A stretch of 64,000 bases of DNA from Protoeuglena noctilucae (taxonomy: Eukaryota), in NCBI GenBank assembly GCA_958009085.1, contig OY253682.1:62001-126000 (forward strand). The letters run 5' to 3'. Positions within the stretch are counted from its first letter, which is position 1, and every line of letters begins with the position of its first letter. Positions 47,701 through 59,267 of the stretch are shown in pieces. A model generated the notes under the pieces. The model was not told the DNA's origin and made no database searches. It worked only from the letters and a program-made list of their open reading frames with translations. The position numbers were made by a program, and so were the translations under genes.

Positions 47701-50700
47701 GCCAAGCGGCCAGCCCTCCCGCCCCCCCTCGCGGCCTTCCTTAGACGGCTCGTCGGTGTCGCTGGAGAGCGCGGGGGCAAGGGATCAGATGCGCGTGGGT
47801 GACTTTGTGGTGTGGCCGACGTCGCTCGACGTCCCAGCTGGGGCAGAGGCGGCGCTGTGGGTGGCGTTCCGCCCCTCCCGCGCCGGCAAGTGCTCTGCCA
47901 AGTTCCGCATGGTCTGCGACAACTGCAACGTGCGGGTGTTTGCGCTCAAGGGGACCGGGGCCGACGTGGAGCTGTCGGTGTGCAGGGTCGACCAGCGCGT
48001 GCCCCTGGTGAGGGTGAAGAGGGGTGGTGTGCATGAGACAATGTGATGAGATTGTAGTGGTGGCTTGGGGTGGTTGTGGTGGATGAGACTGGTGTCGTAG
48101 AGGCTGTCGTGGGTGTGCCGCGTGGAGCAGCGCGTGCCGCTGGTGAGGGGGTGGAGACTAGCAGTGGTGTAGTGATGAAAGTGGAGGTGTGTAGTGGTTA
48201 CGGTTGATGCTGTATTGTGCTGAGATAGCTGTCATCAGTGTACCTTCGCCTGCCACTCCCCTCATCCCTTACATCACCACCCACACTCCACCACCCCTCC
48301 ATCACCCCACCCGTAACCACCCCAGCCCAATGCCCCCACCCTATCACCCCCCCCGCAGCCAACCGAGGTCGTCTCCCTGGACCCCTCCCACGCCGCCACC
48401 GTCCTCACCGCCGCATCCGGCGCCCCCCCGCCCCGCCCCCTCCCCCACCCCCACCAGGACCTCTGGTTCGACCACGTGACCCCCGGACACTCCCGCGTCC
48501 GCACTTTCTGCGTCATCAACCCCTCCCCGCTCCCCGTCCCATTCCAGTGGCACATCGCGCCCCTGCCGCCCGCCTCCGCCACCACCGCCCCGCTCCCCGC
48601 CGCCCTCGCCACCTCCCTCCCCTCCACCACCACCGCGTTCTCGGTTCGACCCACGGCGGGGACTCTCAAACCCAAATCCGTGGCGGAGTTCACCGTCACC
48701 TTCGCCCCGACGGCTCTGGTGGAGTCGCGGCAGCTGCTTGCGCTGTTCGCTGACCTCAGCACACGTGGCACCTGTGGGGAGGAGGCGACGGTGGAGCATC
48801 ACGCGGCTACAGCGCGGGTCGGTGCAGAGAGCGGGGCCGCGGAGGGGCACGGGGCGTATCGTGCTGTGCTGGCGGTGGGGGTGCAGGGGTTCGGTGCGCC
48901 AGTGGATGCGGCGGTGAGGCCCGGGCTGGTGTGCGTGCCGGGCACCCTGACGCCGGGGCAGCCGTGGTCCGCGGCGCTGTCGATCGAGAACCGAAGCCCC
49001 GCGGACGCGAAGTGGGAGGCGGAGGCGTCGGACGCGTTTCTGACGCTCGGCGATTCTGGCGGCGGTAACGCCAGTGTGACCGCCAGTGTGACCGCCAGTG
49101 GCACGGTGCCGGCCGGGGGTGCCTGCGCGCTGCCCATCACGGTGATCGCCCCCGCCGCGCTGGGCGATCGCTCGGCGCTGATTCGGGTGCGCGTGCGGCA
49201 CGGCCCGTCCCTTTGCGTGCCGGTCCGGTTCACCGTCGCCGCACCGCGTGTGATCGCATCCCAGCCCGGCCTCGACTTTGGTCTAGTCCAGACGCACCTC
49301 CCCGCGTCCCGCACCCTCACCCTCCGCAACCTCTCCGCCCACACCCCTGCGGTTTGGCGCATATCCGCACCGAGCGACGCCGTGGTCGACCCCTTAGCCG
49401 CCCGTTTACTGGCCGGGGCGACCCTAGACCACGCCAGGCGGTGCCTAGCGAACGAGTTATCGCAGTACTCGATGTTATCGGGGGCGTCTGGGATTGAGGG
49501 GTTGCAGAATGGGAGAGAGGGGGAGGGGTGGGGTGGCGTGCCGAGAGTGCGCATGGGAGGCATGGCGGTGCGTCCCAGCGCGTTATCGGAGACTCTACCC
49601 CCCGGCGGCGAACGTAATGTGGAAATCACGTGCGTTCCATGCGCCGAGGGGGCTTTGTCGGCTTCCTTAGAGGTGGCGGTGGAGGGGGGTGACGCGTTGC
49701 TAGTCCCCCTGTCATGTGACTCCTTGCAACCGAGGCTCAGGTTCCACGCGTCGGTGTTAGAAGTGGGGGATCTGTATGTGGGGGTACCAAAGGAGACGGA
49801 GCTGATCGTGAGCAACTGCACGCCCTTCCCGACGACGTTCGCCTTTGATGAGGCGCACCACGGGGACGCGGGTGAGGGGATGAGGAGGGTGGGTGCTTGT
49901 GTGCTTGTGTGCTTGTGTGGGTGTGTGTGAGGGGTGGTGGGGTGTGTGAGGGATAAGGGGCTGGGTACTGGGTAATGCGGGTCTTCCTGCCCATTCCCCA
50001 CGACACCTCTCATCTACGATGCACCACCCCCACCCTCAGACTGCGTTCGTTTCTCCATCTCCCCCCCCACCAAGCGCGTCCGAGCCAACGAGGTCATACG
50101 CGTGCGATTCTCACTACTACCTCTACGACCCGGCAGAGCAGTGGCGTACTTCACGTGCCGCATCGACGGGGCAGTCGATCCCATGGCCGTCAAGGTGCAG
50201 GCCACCGTGCATGGGCTGCAGGTGAGTTGGGTGCGGGTGGGGTGTGCGTGGGGTGGGTAGAGTGGGGTGGCGGGTGAAGGGGGGTGGGGGTGGGGGTGGT
50301 AGCGTGGGTGGGGGTGAGGTAGGTTTGGGGTGGGCTGCATGGTGAGGTTTGTGGCTGGGCAGTCCTCACATCTGCCTGTGCAAGCTTGGTCACTCCCCCA
50401 CTCACCACCACTCACCAACTCCTGACCACTTACACTCCATATCTAAACTATATATTCAAACTGATATTTAAATCCCCCCCCAGGTCTCCTACCGCCTGGA
50501 GCGCGTGCCCACCCCCCCTCTCACCCACTCACACTCACTTAGACATCACCACTCATTCAAGCTCATTCCAACATTCAAACTTACATCAACATTCAAATCT
50601 CCACCCCAGGTCTCCTACCGCCTGGAGCGCGTCCCCACCCCCGCAACCCTGGAGGCGGGCGAGGGGGCGTCGCGCGTCACGGCCGCCCTCACCGCCGCAC

Positions 50701-53700
50701 TCACCCAGGACTCCCTCACGTTAACTCGGCCCAACCGGTTCGGCAACGCTCTGAACAGCCTGGGTATGACCAACACGGTCAGGGGGTCGCTGGCGTCCGA
50801 TCTGCTGCTGGCCGAGATTCGCAGGGCCGCCGAGGCGGGGTTCCGGCCGGACGAGACCAGGAGGGTGAGTGGGGTTGGGGATAGTGAGGTTATTGATTGT
50901 TGATAGTTAATGATTAATGATGTGTGATATGGGTGGTGGTAGAGCTGGTGTGGTGTCGCTTGGTGGGTTCCGGCCGGACCAGACCAGGAGGGTGAGTGGG
51001 GGTTGGGTAGGGATAGTGTAGCATTGCTATAAGTGATATCTACTTCCTTCAGCACTCCCTCTCCCTCATCCCCACTCACCACTCACCACTCACCCCACCC
51101 CCCTCCCACTCCCCCCCAGGCCCTCCAGGCCCTTCGGCCCCCGACCGTCATCGCCGACCCCTCCCTCCCCAAGGGTGACTACGCCAGATTGGGCGTAGGA
51201 AACGCAGTGGCGCAGCCGCAGCGATACCGACTCGTCGCCACCAATCTGTCGGCCATCCCGACCCGGGTGGCCGTGGCGTTCGAAGAATTCGCTGCCCACG
51301 GCTCGCCTGCTCTGGACGCCCTGTTGAGGCCCAGAGCGGGGCAGGGGGGTGCGGGGGATAGGGGTGCGGGCGCTGGGAATGCCAAGCGGCAGGGGAACGG
51401 GGGCGGGGAGGCGGGGGCTGCGGCAGGGCGGGTGGGGGGTGACCGTGATGGTCATCATGCGCACAATGGGGAGTGGGGGGGTGAGGGGGAGATTGACAGA
51501 GGCGATCGCAGTCCCTCGTCGCCGGGGAGCCCGCGGACCGACGGGGCGGGCACGGCGTCCACTTCTGGCAGCCCCGTCACCAGACGCGCCCGTGCCAGAG
51601 ATGGCAGTGTCGGGGGCGTGCGCCCGGCGGGGGCGTCGCTGGCGGACGTGGCGACGGCGCAGGTGCTCGCGGGCCGCGCGAAGCAGCGCGTGAAAGAGAG
51701 GGCGGCGCACGGGGGGGCGCCGTTCCGACTGGGCGGTCCCGGCGGGGGCGCCCCTCACCCCACCAGCACCGCCACTGGTCACACCACCCACCACAGTGGC
51801 AGTAACAGTAACAGTATCGCAAAGCACGTTGTCACGAGCGGCGGGGTGGGATCGACGGCCTACCGCAGCCACACAGGGCAGCGTATGGTGGCGGAGCAGG
51901 GGGTGCACATGCAGGGCCGCCGGGCGTTGTCCCACAACAAGGGGCTGGCGTTTGTATTTGAGAAGCAAGTGCTGGACTTGCCCCCCATGGAGGAGGTGGC
52001 GTTTGAGTTCACAGCACATTGCAACATGCCGGGGGTGTACGCGGACGTGCTGCGGATGCGGGCGGTGGGGGTGGAGGACCAGAGCATCCCGGTGCAGGTG
52101 AGGGGAGATGAGAGATGGATGAGTGTGTGAGAGAGGGAGGGTGCAGGTGAGGGGTGGGGTGGGGTGCGGTGGGTGAATGTGTGTGAGAGAGAGGGGGTGC
52201 AGGTGAGGGAGGGCAGAGGTGGGGTGGGTTGCGGGGGTAACGAGGGTTGCTGGGTGGCGCAGCGTGGCATGACCTCACCTTAGCAACTCCCTCCCACTCC
52301 TTCTTACCACTTCAACCATCCCCACTCATCCTAACGCATGCACACTCACCCCCTCCTATTCTCTCAGATCGGCTTTGTGGGCTCTGCGCTGGTGATGCAC
52401 AAGCACCGCAGGCACACGCACGGCTACGCCTTGGAGGGGCAGGACACCGACGTGGCCATCCACGCGGGGGACGTGACGAGGAACACGCAGGCGAGTGGTA
52501 ATGTAATACTGACTACCATCTTTAATTAGTAATCATATAGTGACTGGTATTTGGTGAAAACGACGCGGCAGTCCACACACACAGTCACTCCCTCACTTAC
52601 TCCCTCACTCCCTTCCTCACTCCCTCCCTCACTCCCTCCAATCACTCATATACACTTCCCATCCCCATCCACAGATCTCCAAGCAGCTCTTCGTCACCAA
52701 CGTCTCCCCCTTCCCGGTCCGCCTGACCTGGGACTGCCGCGCGGTCATCCCCGATGCACTACTGGCCACGTCTATCTCTGAATATGGCGGAATAGTGGCG
52801 CAGAAGAGACTGGGGGAGGAGGGGTCGGGGGGGAGCGTCGGGTTCGGGAGGGGGGCGGTGGCCAAGCGGCAGCTGAGGGAGCCGGGGGAGAGGTGAGGGA
52901 GTAGGAGTGACGGCGATAGATGTGATGTAGAGTGACTGACTGATAGTAGCCGGGGATTGCTCCACTCCATCTCTTCTCTCACCCTCACTCAACACCCACT
53001 AACCCCCTATCGCCCCCCTGCAGCGTGATTGTGCGTGAGCCGTCGATCGGCCTCCGCCCCCTGCCCTCCAATGCGTCCAAGGTGGTGGTGGGGGAGGACG
53101 GGGAGGGGTTGCCGCCCAGGAGGGAGTCGTCGGACAGGGGTGAGATGGGTGGGGGTGGATGTGCATGTGTTTTGGGTGGGTTTGGGGGTGGATGTGAGTG
53201 CATGTGGGGGTGTGCATAGGGTGCATGTGAATGCACGTGAGGGTGGATGTGGGAGTAGGTGAGGGATAATGGGGGTGGTGGATGTGGGGTGGGCATCCTC
53301 TTTCCTTCACTGCACCCGTGCGCTCACCCTTCCCCTGTCACCCCATCCCTCCCCACCCCACTCACCCCTCCCCACCCCTCTCACCCCCACAACCACCCAT
53401 CCTCCCCTCCCCCCCCCCCAAGACCGCGTGACCTTCCTGGGCAGCCCCGGCAGCGACGTGTCAGAGTCATCGAGTGAGGGAGAGGGCAGTGACTCGGAGG
53501 GTAGCCAGGACAGCCAGGAGGCGTGGGAGACGTGGAGGAGGGAGAGGGAGATCGAGAGGAGGTGAGATTAGATATAGATTAGATATAGAGATAGATATAG
53601 AGAGCATGTGTGTGTGTGGGAGACGTGGAGGAGGGAGAGGGAGATCGAGAGGAGGTGAGTGGATGGGTGTGGGTGTGAAGATGGGTGTGGGTGTGGTTGT

Positions 53701-53714
53701 GGGTTATGGTGTGC

Positions 53715-53752
<38 letters not shown>

Positions 53753-55935
53753 TTGCTCTGCTCCCCCCCCGCTCCCCCCACAACCCCCCACCTCCCCACC
53801 CCACTCGCTCCCTCCCCCACCCACCCACAACCCACAAACCCCCCCTTTCCCCCAGCCGCCCCCGCTCCCTCATCCGCCTCGACATGTCCCCCGGCCCCAC
53901 CGGCCGCATCCGAGTGTCCATCGACCCGGTATCGATCCCCATTGATGACCCCAACACCCTCGCCATTGAGCCAAGAGAAGTCGTGATCGCACCGGGCGCC
54001 ACCCACCCCTTCCACGTCTCCTGCACCACCAGCGGGGACCTGTCGGCTGGCCGAGTGTTCTTCTATGGAAAGCAGGAGCCCATATGGCCAGACGCCCATC
54101 ATGCACCGCACGCAACAACCACGCACGCAATCGACGGTGCCCGTCACGGCGGCGGTGACAACGCAGACGAGTCGACAGCAGCTGCGCGAGATGGAAAGCA
54201 TGCGATTGCTACCCACGCGGATGCAAATCACGCCAACGGCCACTCTCTTGCGATCACCCACAACGCCCACGCCACCGCTCGCACCGCATATGGGGCTGCG
54301 CCCTCTCACACCCCCCCAGCCGCCCCGCTGCGCGTGCACCTGCTCCCGCGCCCGTTTTCTGACAACTACGACTTGCTGTGCGTCGGGTCTTACCACCCGT
54401 GGGCCCACCGACCCGACTTGGACATGGGAGTGTTGCGGGTGCAACTGTCGATGACTGTGGTGGAGGCACAGCTAGGCACGGATGCAAGGGACGGCCTGTC
54501 CTTGCACGTCCACGCGAACCGCGCTCCGGGGGACCCCCAGTTCGCCCGATCGCTCACGCTCACCAACCACACCGCCACGCCCCTCGTGTTTGTGGCTGAC
54601 ACAAGGCAGCCCTTCGATCTTCTGGACCCCGTGCCCCCGCGGCCCGAGTGCTTTTTGGATCAGTCGGCGTTCCCATTCCCCGTGCGGAGGGGGCGGAAGG
54701 TGAGGGGGTGTTTGTGGGGGGTGGGTGGGTGTGGGGTGGTGGTGGGGGAAAGGGGTGTGTTTGTGGTTGTGGGGGGTGGGGTGCGGAGGTGGTGCATGCA
54801 TGTGGGGTAGTAAGGGATGCGGGATGGAGATGAGAAGGGGGGTGGGGGTGCCGGGGTCTATTACTCATACTAACGTATGCTCAATACCACCCCTCACTCC
54901 GACTCACCTCCCCTCTCAGGTCGTGCACCTCCTCCCCCACGAGTGCCTGGAGCTGCCCGTGCTGTTCCGCGAGCCCGAGGAGCAGGAGGCAGCGACCGAC
55001 GACTACGGCGTGGACGGGGAGCTGCTGGTCACCTTCGCCAACCGGGAACAGCAGGTGACGACTGTGGAGTGTTAGATATACATGGATAGATATGTGATGA
55101 TGTGCGGGTGATGAGAATGGAGGCTGCGTGTCATCCACCCCCACCACACGGCACGCCACACTCACACTCACTCTCACATGTACTCTCACTCTCACTCTCA
55201 CACTCACCCCCTCTCTCTGCCCCCCTCTCCCCCCCCAGGTCCTCCCCCTCCGCGCCCAGGTCATCCACCCGGAGCTCACCGTGCAGCCGGAGTCGATCAA
55301 ATTTGGAGCCGTCCACGTCCTCGCGCCCAAGCCAGCGCGCGTCGTGCTCACCAACCCCACCGGTGAGCGGTGTTTCAGAGGGAATGGGGGTGTGTGCATG
55401 TGTCTGTGTGTGTACCTCACCAACCCCACCGGTCAGCGGTGTTGAGAGGGAGGGGGGTTGTGTGCATGGCTTGTTGGTGGGCAAGTCAGTGGTCAACTCG
55501 GTTGTTACCTCAGTGGTGCTGTACACCCACATCCACTGCACTCCTCACCTACCCCGCGCATTCCACACCCACTCACCTACTAACCCCCACTTCCCCCCCC
55601 CCTACTCCACAGATGCCGACGCCGAGTGGGTGGTGGTCGAGAAGGGCCAGAAACCCCAGTTCCGCGGCGCAGCGGCCGCCTCACAGGGCCCCACCTCCGC
55701 CCAGATCGGCGCCTTCACCGTCGAACCCTGTTCCGGGGTCATACCCGGCCGCGGCCTGCTCATGCCGCGCAGCCAGGTGGTCAGCGTCACGCTCGCGCCC
55801 AAGCAGGCCGCGCCGGTGGCGAAGGAGCTCGTGTTTGCGGTCCGGCGCGGGCGGGCGTGCCGGCTGAGGGCGTCGGGGGTGGGGACGCACGACGAGGCCG
55901 AGGAGCACCAGAGGGCGCTCAAGACGCTCGCGTGA
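44706..55935 (+). CDS. DLEC1: DLEC1 / FAP81 (CFAP81) ASH/PapD-domain axonemal central-pair protein; about 20 exons
   Basis: FRRNPRF, VEFREYHPGGYFEAEVALRNVS, GVIAPGLHCLVRVRFSPDSLADYDDAL...RRPPPSLTL...DCG, MVCDNCNVRVF and further Ig-like ASH repeats (LDFG...RTLTLRN) match the DLEC1 architecture as I recall it. Confidence 0.88.
53717..53751 (+). repeat. (TG)n dinucleotide microsatellite at the G-rich/C-rich switch of a DLEC1 intron
   Basis: Uninterrupted TG run visible directly. Confidence 0.92.
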
Positions 55936-56089
55936 TTCGAACCGGGGACGTGTTGGGGGATACGGGTATGGTCGGGGGAGCGCATGGTGGTTTGCGCAGT
56001 CGGGCACAGCGACATGGCGACATGTGGCGTGCTGTGATTGGTGGCGTCAATGTCTTTCACTCGCGTGCGATGGTAGACCTAGCTCTGTC

Positions 56090-56094
56090 TTACA
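56090..56094 (-). promoter_or_regulatory. Candidate TGTAA polyadenylation signal of PHO88/SND3
   Basis: TTACA on the plus strand, about 285 nt downstream of the minus-strand stop at 56378. Confidence 0.4.
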
Positions 56095-56377
56095 GTTTTC
56101 GTTCATCGAGGGCCTCGCGTGGCTGCTCGTCATCGCGACTGCCCGGCCCTTGAAACGGAGCCGGGACTCGGTGCGACAACGTGCTTTCCTGCGCCAGCAT
56201 GCTGTTCCCTGCCAACGTGCTGTGCTTCCTCTGCTTCTCTTCAAACGCCGACCGGCCGGGGTCCCCGCCTCGCCAATCAACCACCCGCGCTGCGCTGCGC
56301 TCGTCAAATCCACCCCCGCTACTCATCCCCCCCACCCACCACGCTCCCCCTTGCCCGCACGCCCCTCCACTCCCCAT

Positions 56378-57610
56378 TCACTGGTCCTTCTTCCCCTCCA
56401 CCTCCCCCTCCCCCGCATCCTCTCCCGACTCCTCCCCCTCTCTCTCCTCCTCCTCTCCCTTATCAGCACCCTTGGCGTCCGCACCCGCCCCGCTCGACCC
56501 CGCGCCCGCGTCGTCGGTAGGCGCCTTGATCACCTTGCCCTTCTTCTTTTCCTTCTTTTCCTTCTTCTTGTCCTTGCGCTCCGGCTCGAGCATCCTGGGG
56601 GCGCTCCGGCTCGAGCATCCTGGGGGGATGGGTGGGGGGTGGGGAGTGACGCATGATGTGGCGTGTGATGGCGAGGTGGTAACACGAGGCTCGCTCGGGA
56701 GCATCGCTGGGTCAGTCATCATCAGCGGCTCTGGTTGATCGGATCAACCACTCTTAGAACACTCACTTGTCCTCGAAGTTGTTCATGTTGATGCCCAGCA
56801 TAGAGAACAAATCGCTCGTGGGGAACGGGCGCTGGCGGGTCCCCTCGGCGGGCCAGCCCAGGAGGTGGATCTGGAAGATCTTGTTGTCGAGGATCTCCAG
56901 CGGCGCCTGCACGATCTGGAGGATCGGGGCCAGCTTCCACTGGTAGTAAAGGAAGCCCGCAATGGCGGCGCCGAGGAGCGTGCCCGTGAACTCCTTCTGG
57001 AGCTGGGCCTTGTCGTAGTCCATTGCCGTCTTCTTCACGCGCTTCTGTAGGCAGGAGACGGGCGGGGGCGCGGTGGGGCGCGGCGAGGCAGAGGGGAGTT
57101 GGCCCGCTGACGACGGGCGGGGGCAGCGGCTCGCCTTGACGCCCGCCGCGTCCCGCTCGATCTCCGTCACTTCCGACATGTCCTTCTTTCGGTTGATGAT
57201 CATCCCGGACAGAACCGTGAGGGCCAGCTGCGGTGGGCGGGGAGGCGATGTGCTCGTAGGTCCCGGCAGCGGCTCCCGACGAGCGCGGATCGTTGGCCGA
57301 CGCGGCTCAGGAGACGAAGAAAGCGAGGCGAGCGCGCGGGACGGGCCAGAGGCCCCGGGCGAGCTCGCCGAGGGGCGCGCGCATCGTTCGGCGCGCTGGT
57401 GTCCCCGTGGACGCAGGGAGCGGCCGGGGGGGAGATCGGGCCGCGGGAGCAAACCTTGAGGATCACGAGGGCCGCGAAGACCTGGATCTGGATGTGCACG
57501 GGGAACGCCTCGTTGACGCGGGTGCGGAACATCATCACGCCGAAGGGCAGGACCATCTTCACGGTCGCCAGCGGAGACGGCGGCTGAGCCACCGTGCCTG
57601 CTGACGCCAT
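56378..57610 (-). CDS. PHO88: Pho88/SND3 family ER membrane protein (SRP-independent targeting); 4 exons
   Basis: Hydrophobic N-terminus, then TAMDYDKAQL...GFLYYQWK...PLEILDNKIFQIHLLGWPAEGTRQRPF, resembling the Pho88 core. Lys/Glu-rich tail ends in KKDQ (KKxx ER retrieval). Confidence 0.75.
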
Positions 57611-58058
57611 CTTCGCGCGCGCAACTCCTACGTGCGGGGCGTCCCTCTGAGAAGCGTCTCAGAGACTCGGGCAGCCGTCCAAGCGAACGGTGTCACGCGC
57701 TCGGTTCGTCCGCTGCGATAGATCGACGAGAAGCACCGTGTCGCGGCGACGCAGGTCCGTCTGAGCCGCTCTCGGTGCCAGACGCACCCGCTGACACCCT
57801 GACGTCAAGCGCGAATCGATGCCACGCTTCTTTCCAATCAGTTATGATGTCATGAAAGACATCCGTGCGTCCCGAAACCCTCAACTTGCTTCAGCATCGC
57901 GCCGCAGCCCTGTGTGCACTGGTCGCCCTAAAAGCCGCAGCGTTATCACACGTCCCGCGTAGGTAGCATCACGAGCGCGTCTCCGCGCGGTTCCGGCGGG
58001 CTCAGGGGGACCGGGGGGTTCCAGGCAGGGCTGCTGGTGGGAAACCGGTGTGGCCGGG

Positions 58059-59032
58059 ATGCGGCCTCTTACGGAGGAGGTGAGCTCGCGCAGTTGTAGG
58101 TGTGCGAGGTCACTAACACTCTCGTGCAGCTCCTGCGAGCGTGCGGGGACCTGCCGGCTGACGGTGCGCCGCGGCGGCCTGTGGTGGCTGGGGTGCTGTG
58201 CCGGACGAGGGCGGCCCTCCTGCGCGCAGGAGGCCAAGGTGGTCTTCGAGAAGCTGTTCAAGTTCATCGGGAAGAACATCCAGGCGAGTCCGGCCGCCCT
58301 GAGGCCCCTGCGCGGCGGAGGACGGGGCACGTTTGCACGAGGTCGCGCCCGCCGCTGTTCGCGTCCAAGGACGTCCGTTCATTCCCGTCCCCTCCGCAGG
58401 ATTTGGTCGGTCGCGGAGATGAGCCGTACTGCCTTCGTTTGCAAAAGAACCGCGTGTACTACGTCCGCGAGTCCATCATGGCGCGGGCGACCTGCGTGGC
58501 GCGGGACAACCTCTTCGCGCTCGGCACCTGCATCGGGAAGTTCACGCACTCGGGGAAGGTGAGGCGTCGGCATATGCTCATTCGTCACAACGGGCCTCAG
58601 AGTGCGGCGTGCCATTAAAGCCGGTCGGACGTCAGCGTTCAACCTAAGGCCTCTTGCCCAGCCTGGGATACTGCGGCACTTGTTAGGTGTTCCCAAGCAC
58701 TCACCGCCTGCCCTCTCGCTGCGCAGTTCCACCTGATGATTGGGGCACTGGACGTGCTGGCGCAGTACGCAAAGTACAAGGTGTGGGTGAAGCCCAGCGC
58801 CGAGATGCAGTTCCTCTACGGCAACCACGTCCTCAAGTCAGGGCTGGGGCGCATCACGGACGGCACCCCGGCCATGACGGGCGTGGTGGTCTACTCGATG
58901 AGCGACGTCCCGCTCGGGTTCGGCATCGCCGCCAAGAGCACGGCCGAGGCGCGCAAGATGGACCCCGCCGGCATCGTCGTGCTCCATCAGTCGGACGTCG
59001 GGGAGTACCTGCGCGCGGAGGATGAGCTGTAA
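58059..59032 (+). CDS. NIP7: 60S ribosome subunit biogenesis protein NIP7; 4 exons
   Basis: [74 protein letters not shown]. Confidence 0.96.
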
Positions 59033-59267
59033 TGCCGCCAGCGCCAGTCTGGCGTGCCATTTCACCAACTGGTCGATTGCAGACGCTCTTGGGTACCACC
59101 GTTGATATCGGGAGTTGTTCATAGAGTCCGGGGATTGTCTTGAAGAGCTCAAGCGTGTCTAGGGCTTTCAGAGCGCTGCCTGAGCAGCCCAATTGGTTCG
59201 CGTGCGCGCACGCGACGCTCAACCGGCCTCGGCTTTTCCGTAAACGAATACGGTGGTGTCGAGAGCA

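Noticed and set aside
56732..56750. Inverted repeat TGGTTGATC-G-GATCAACCA in a PHO88 intron
   Set aside because: A single short palindrome with no other support; plausible by chance in 64 kb.
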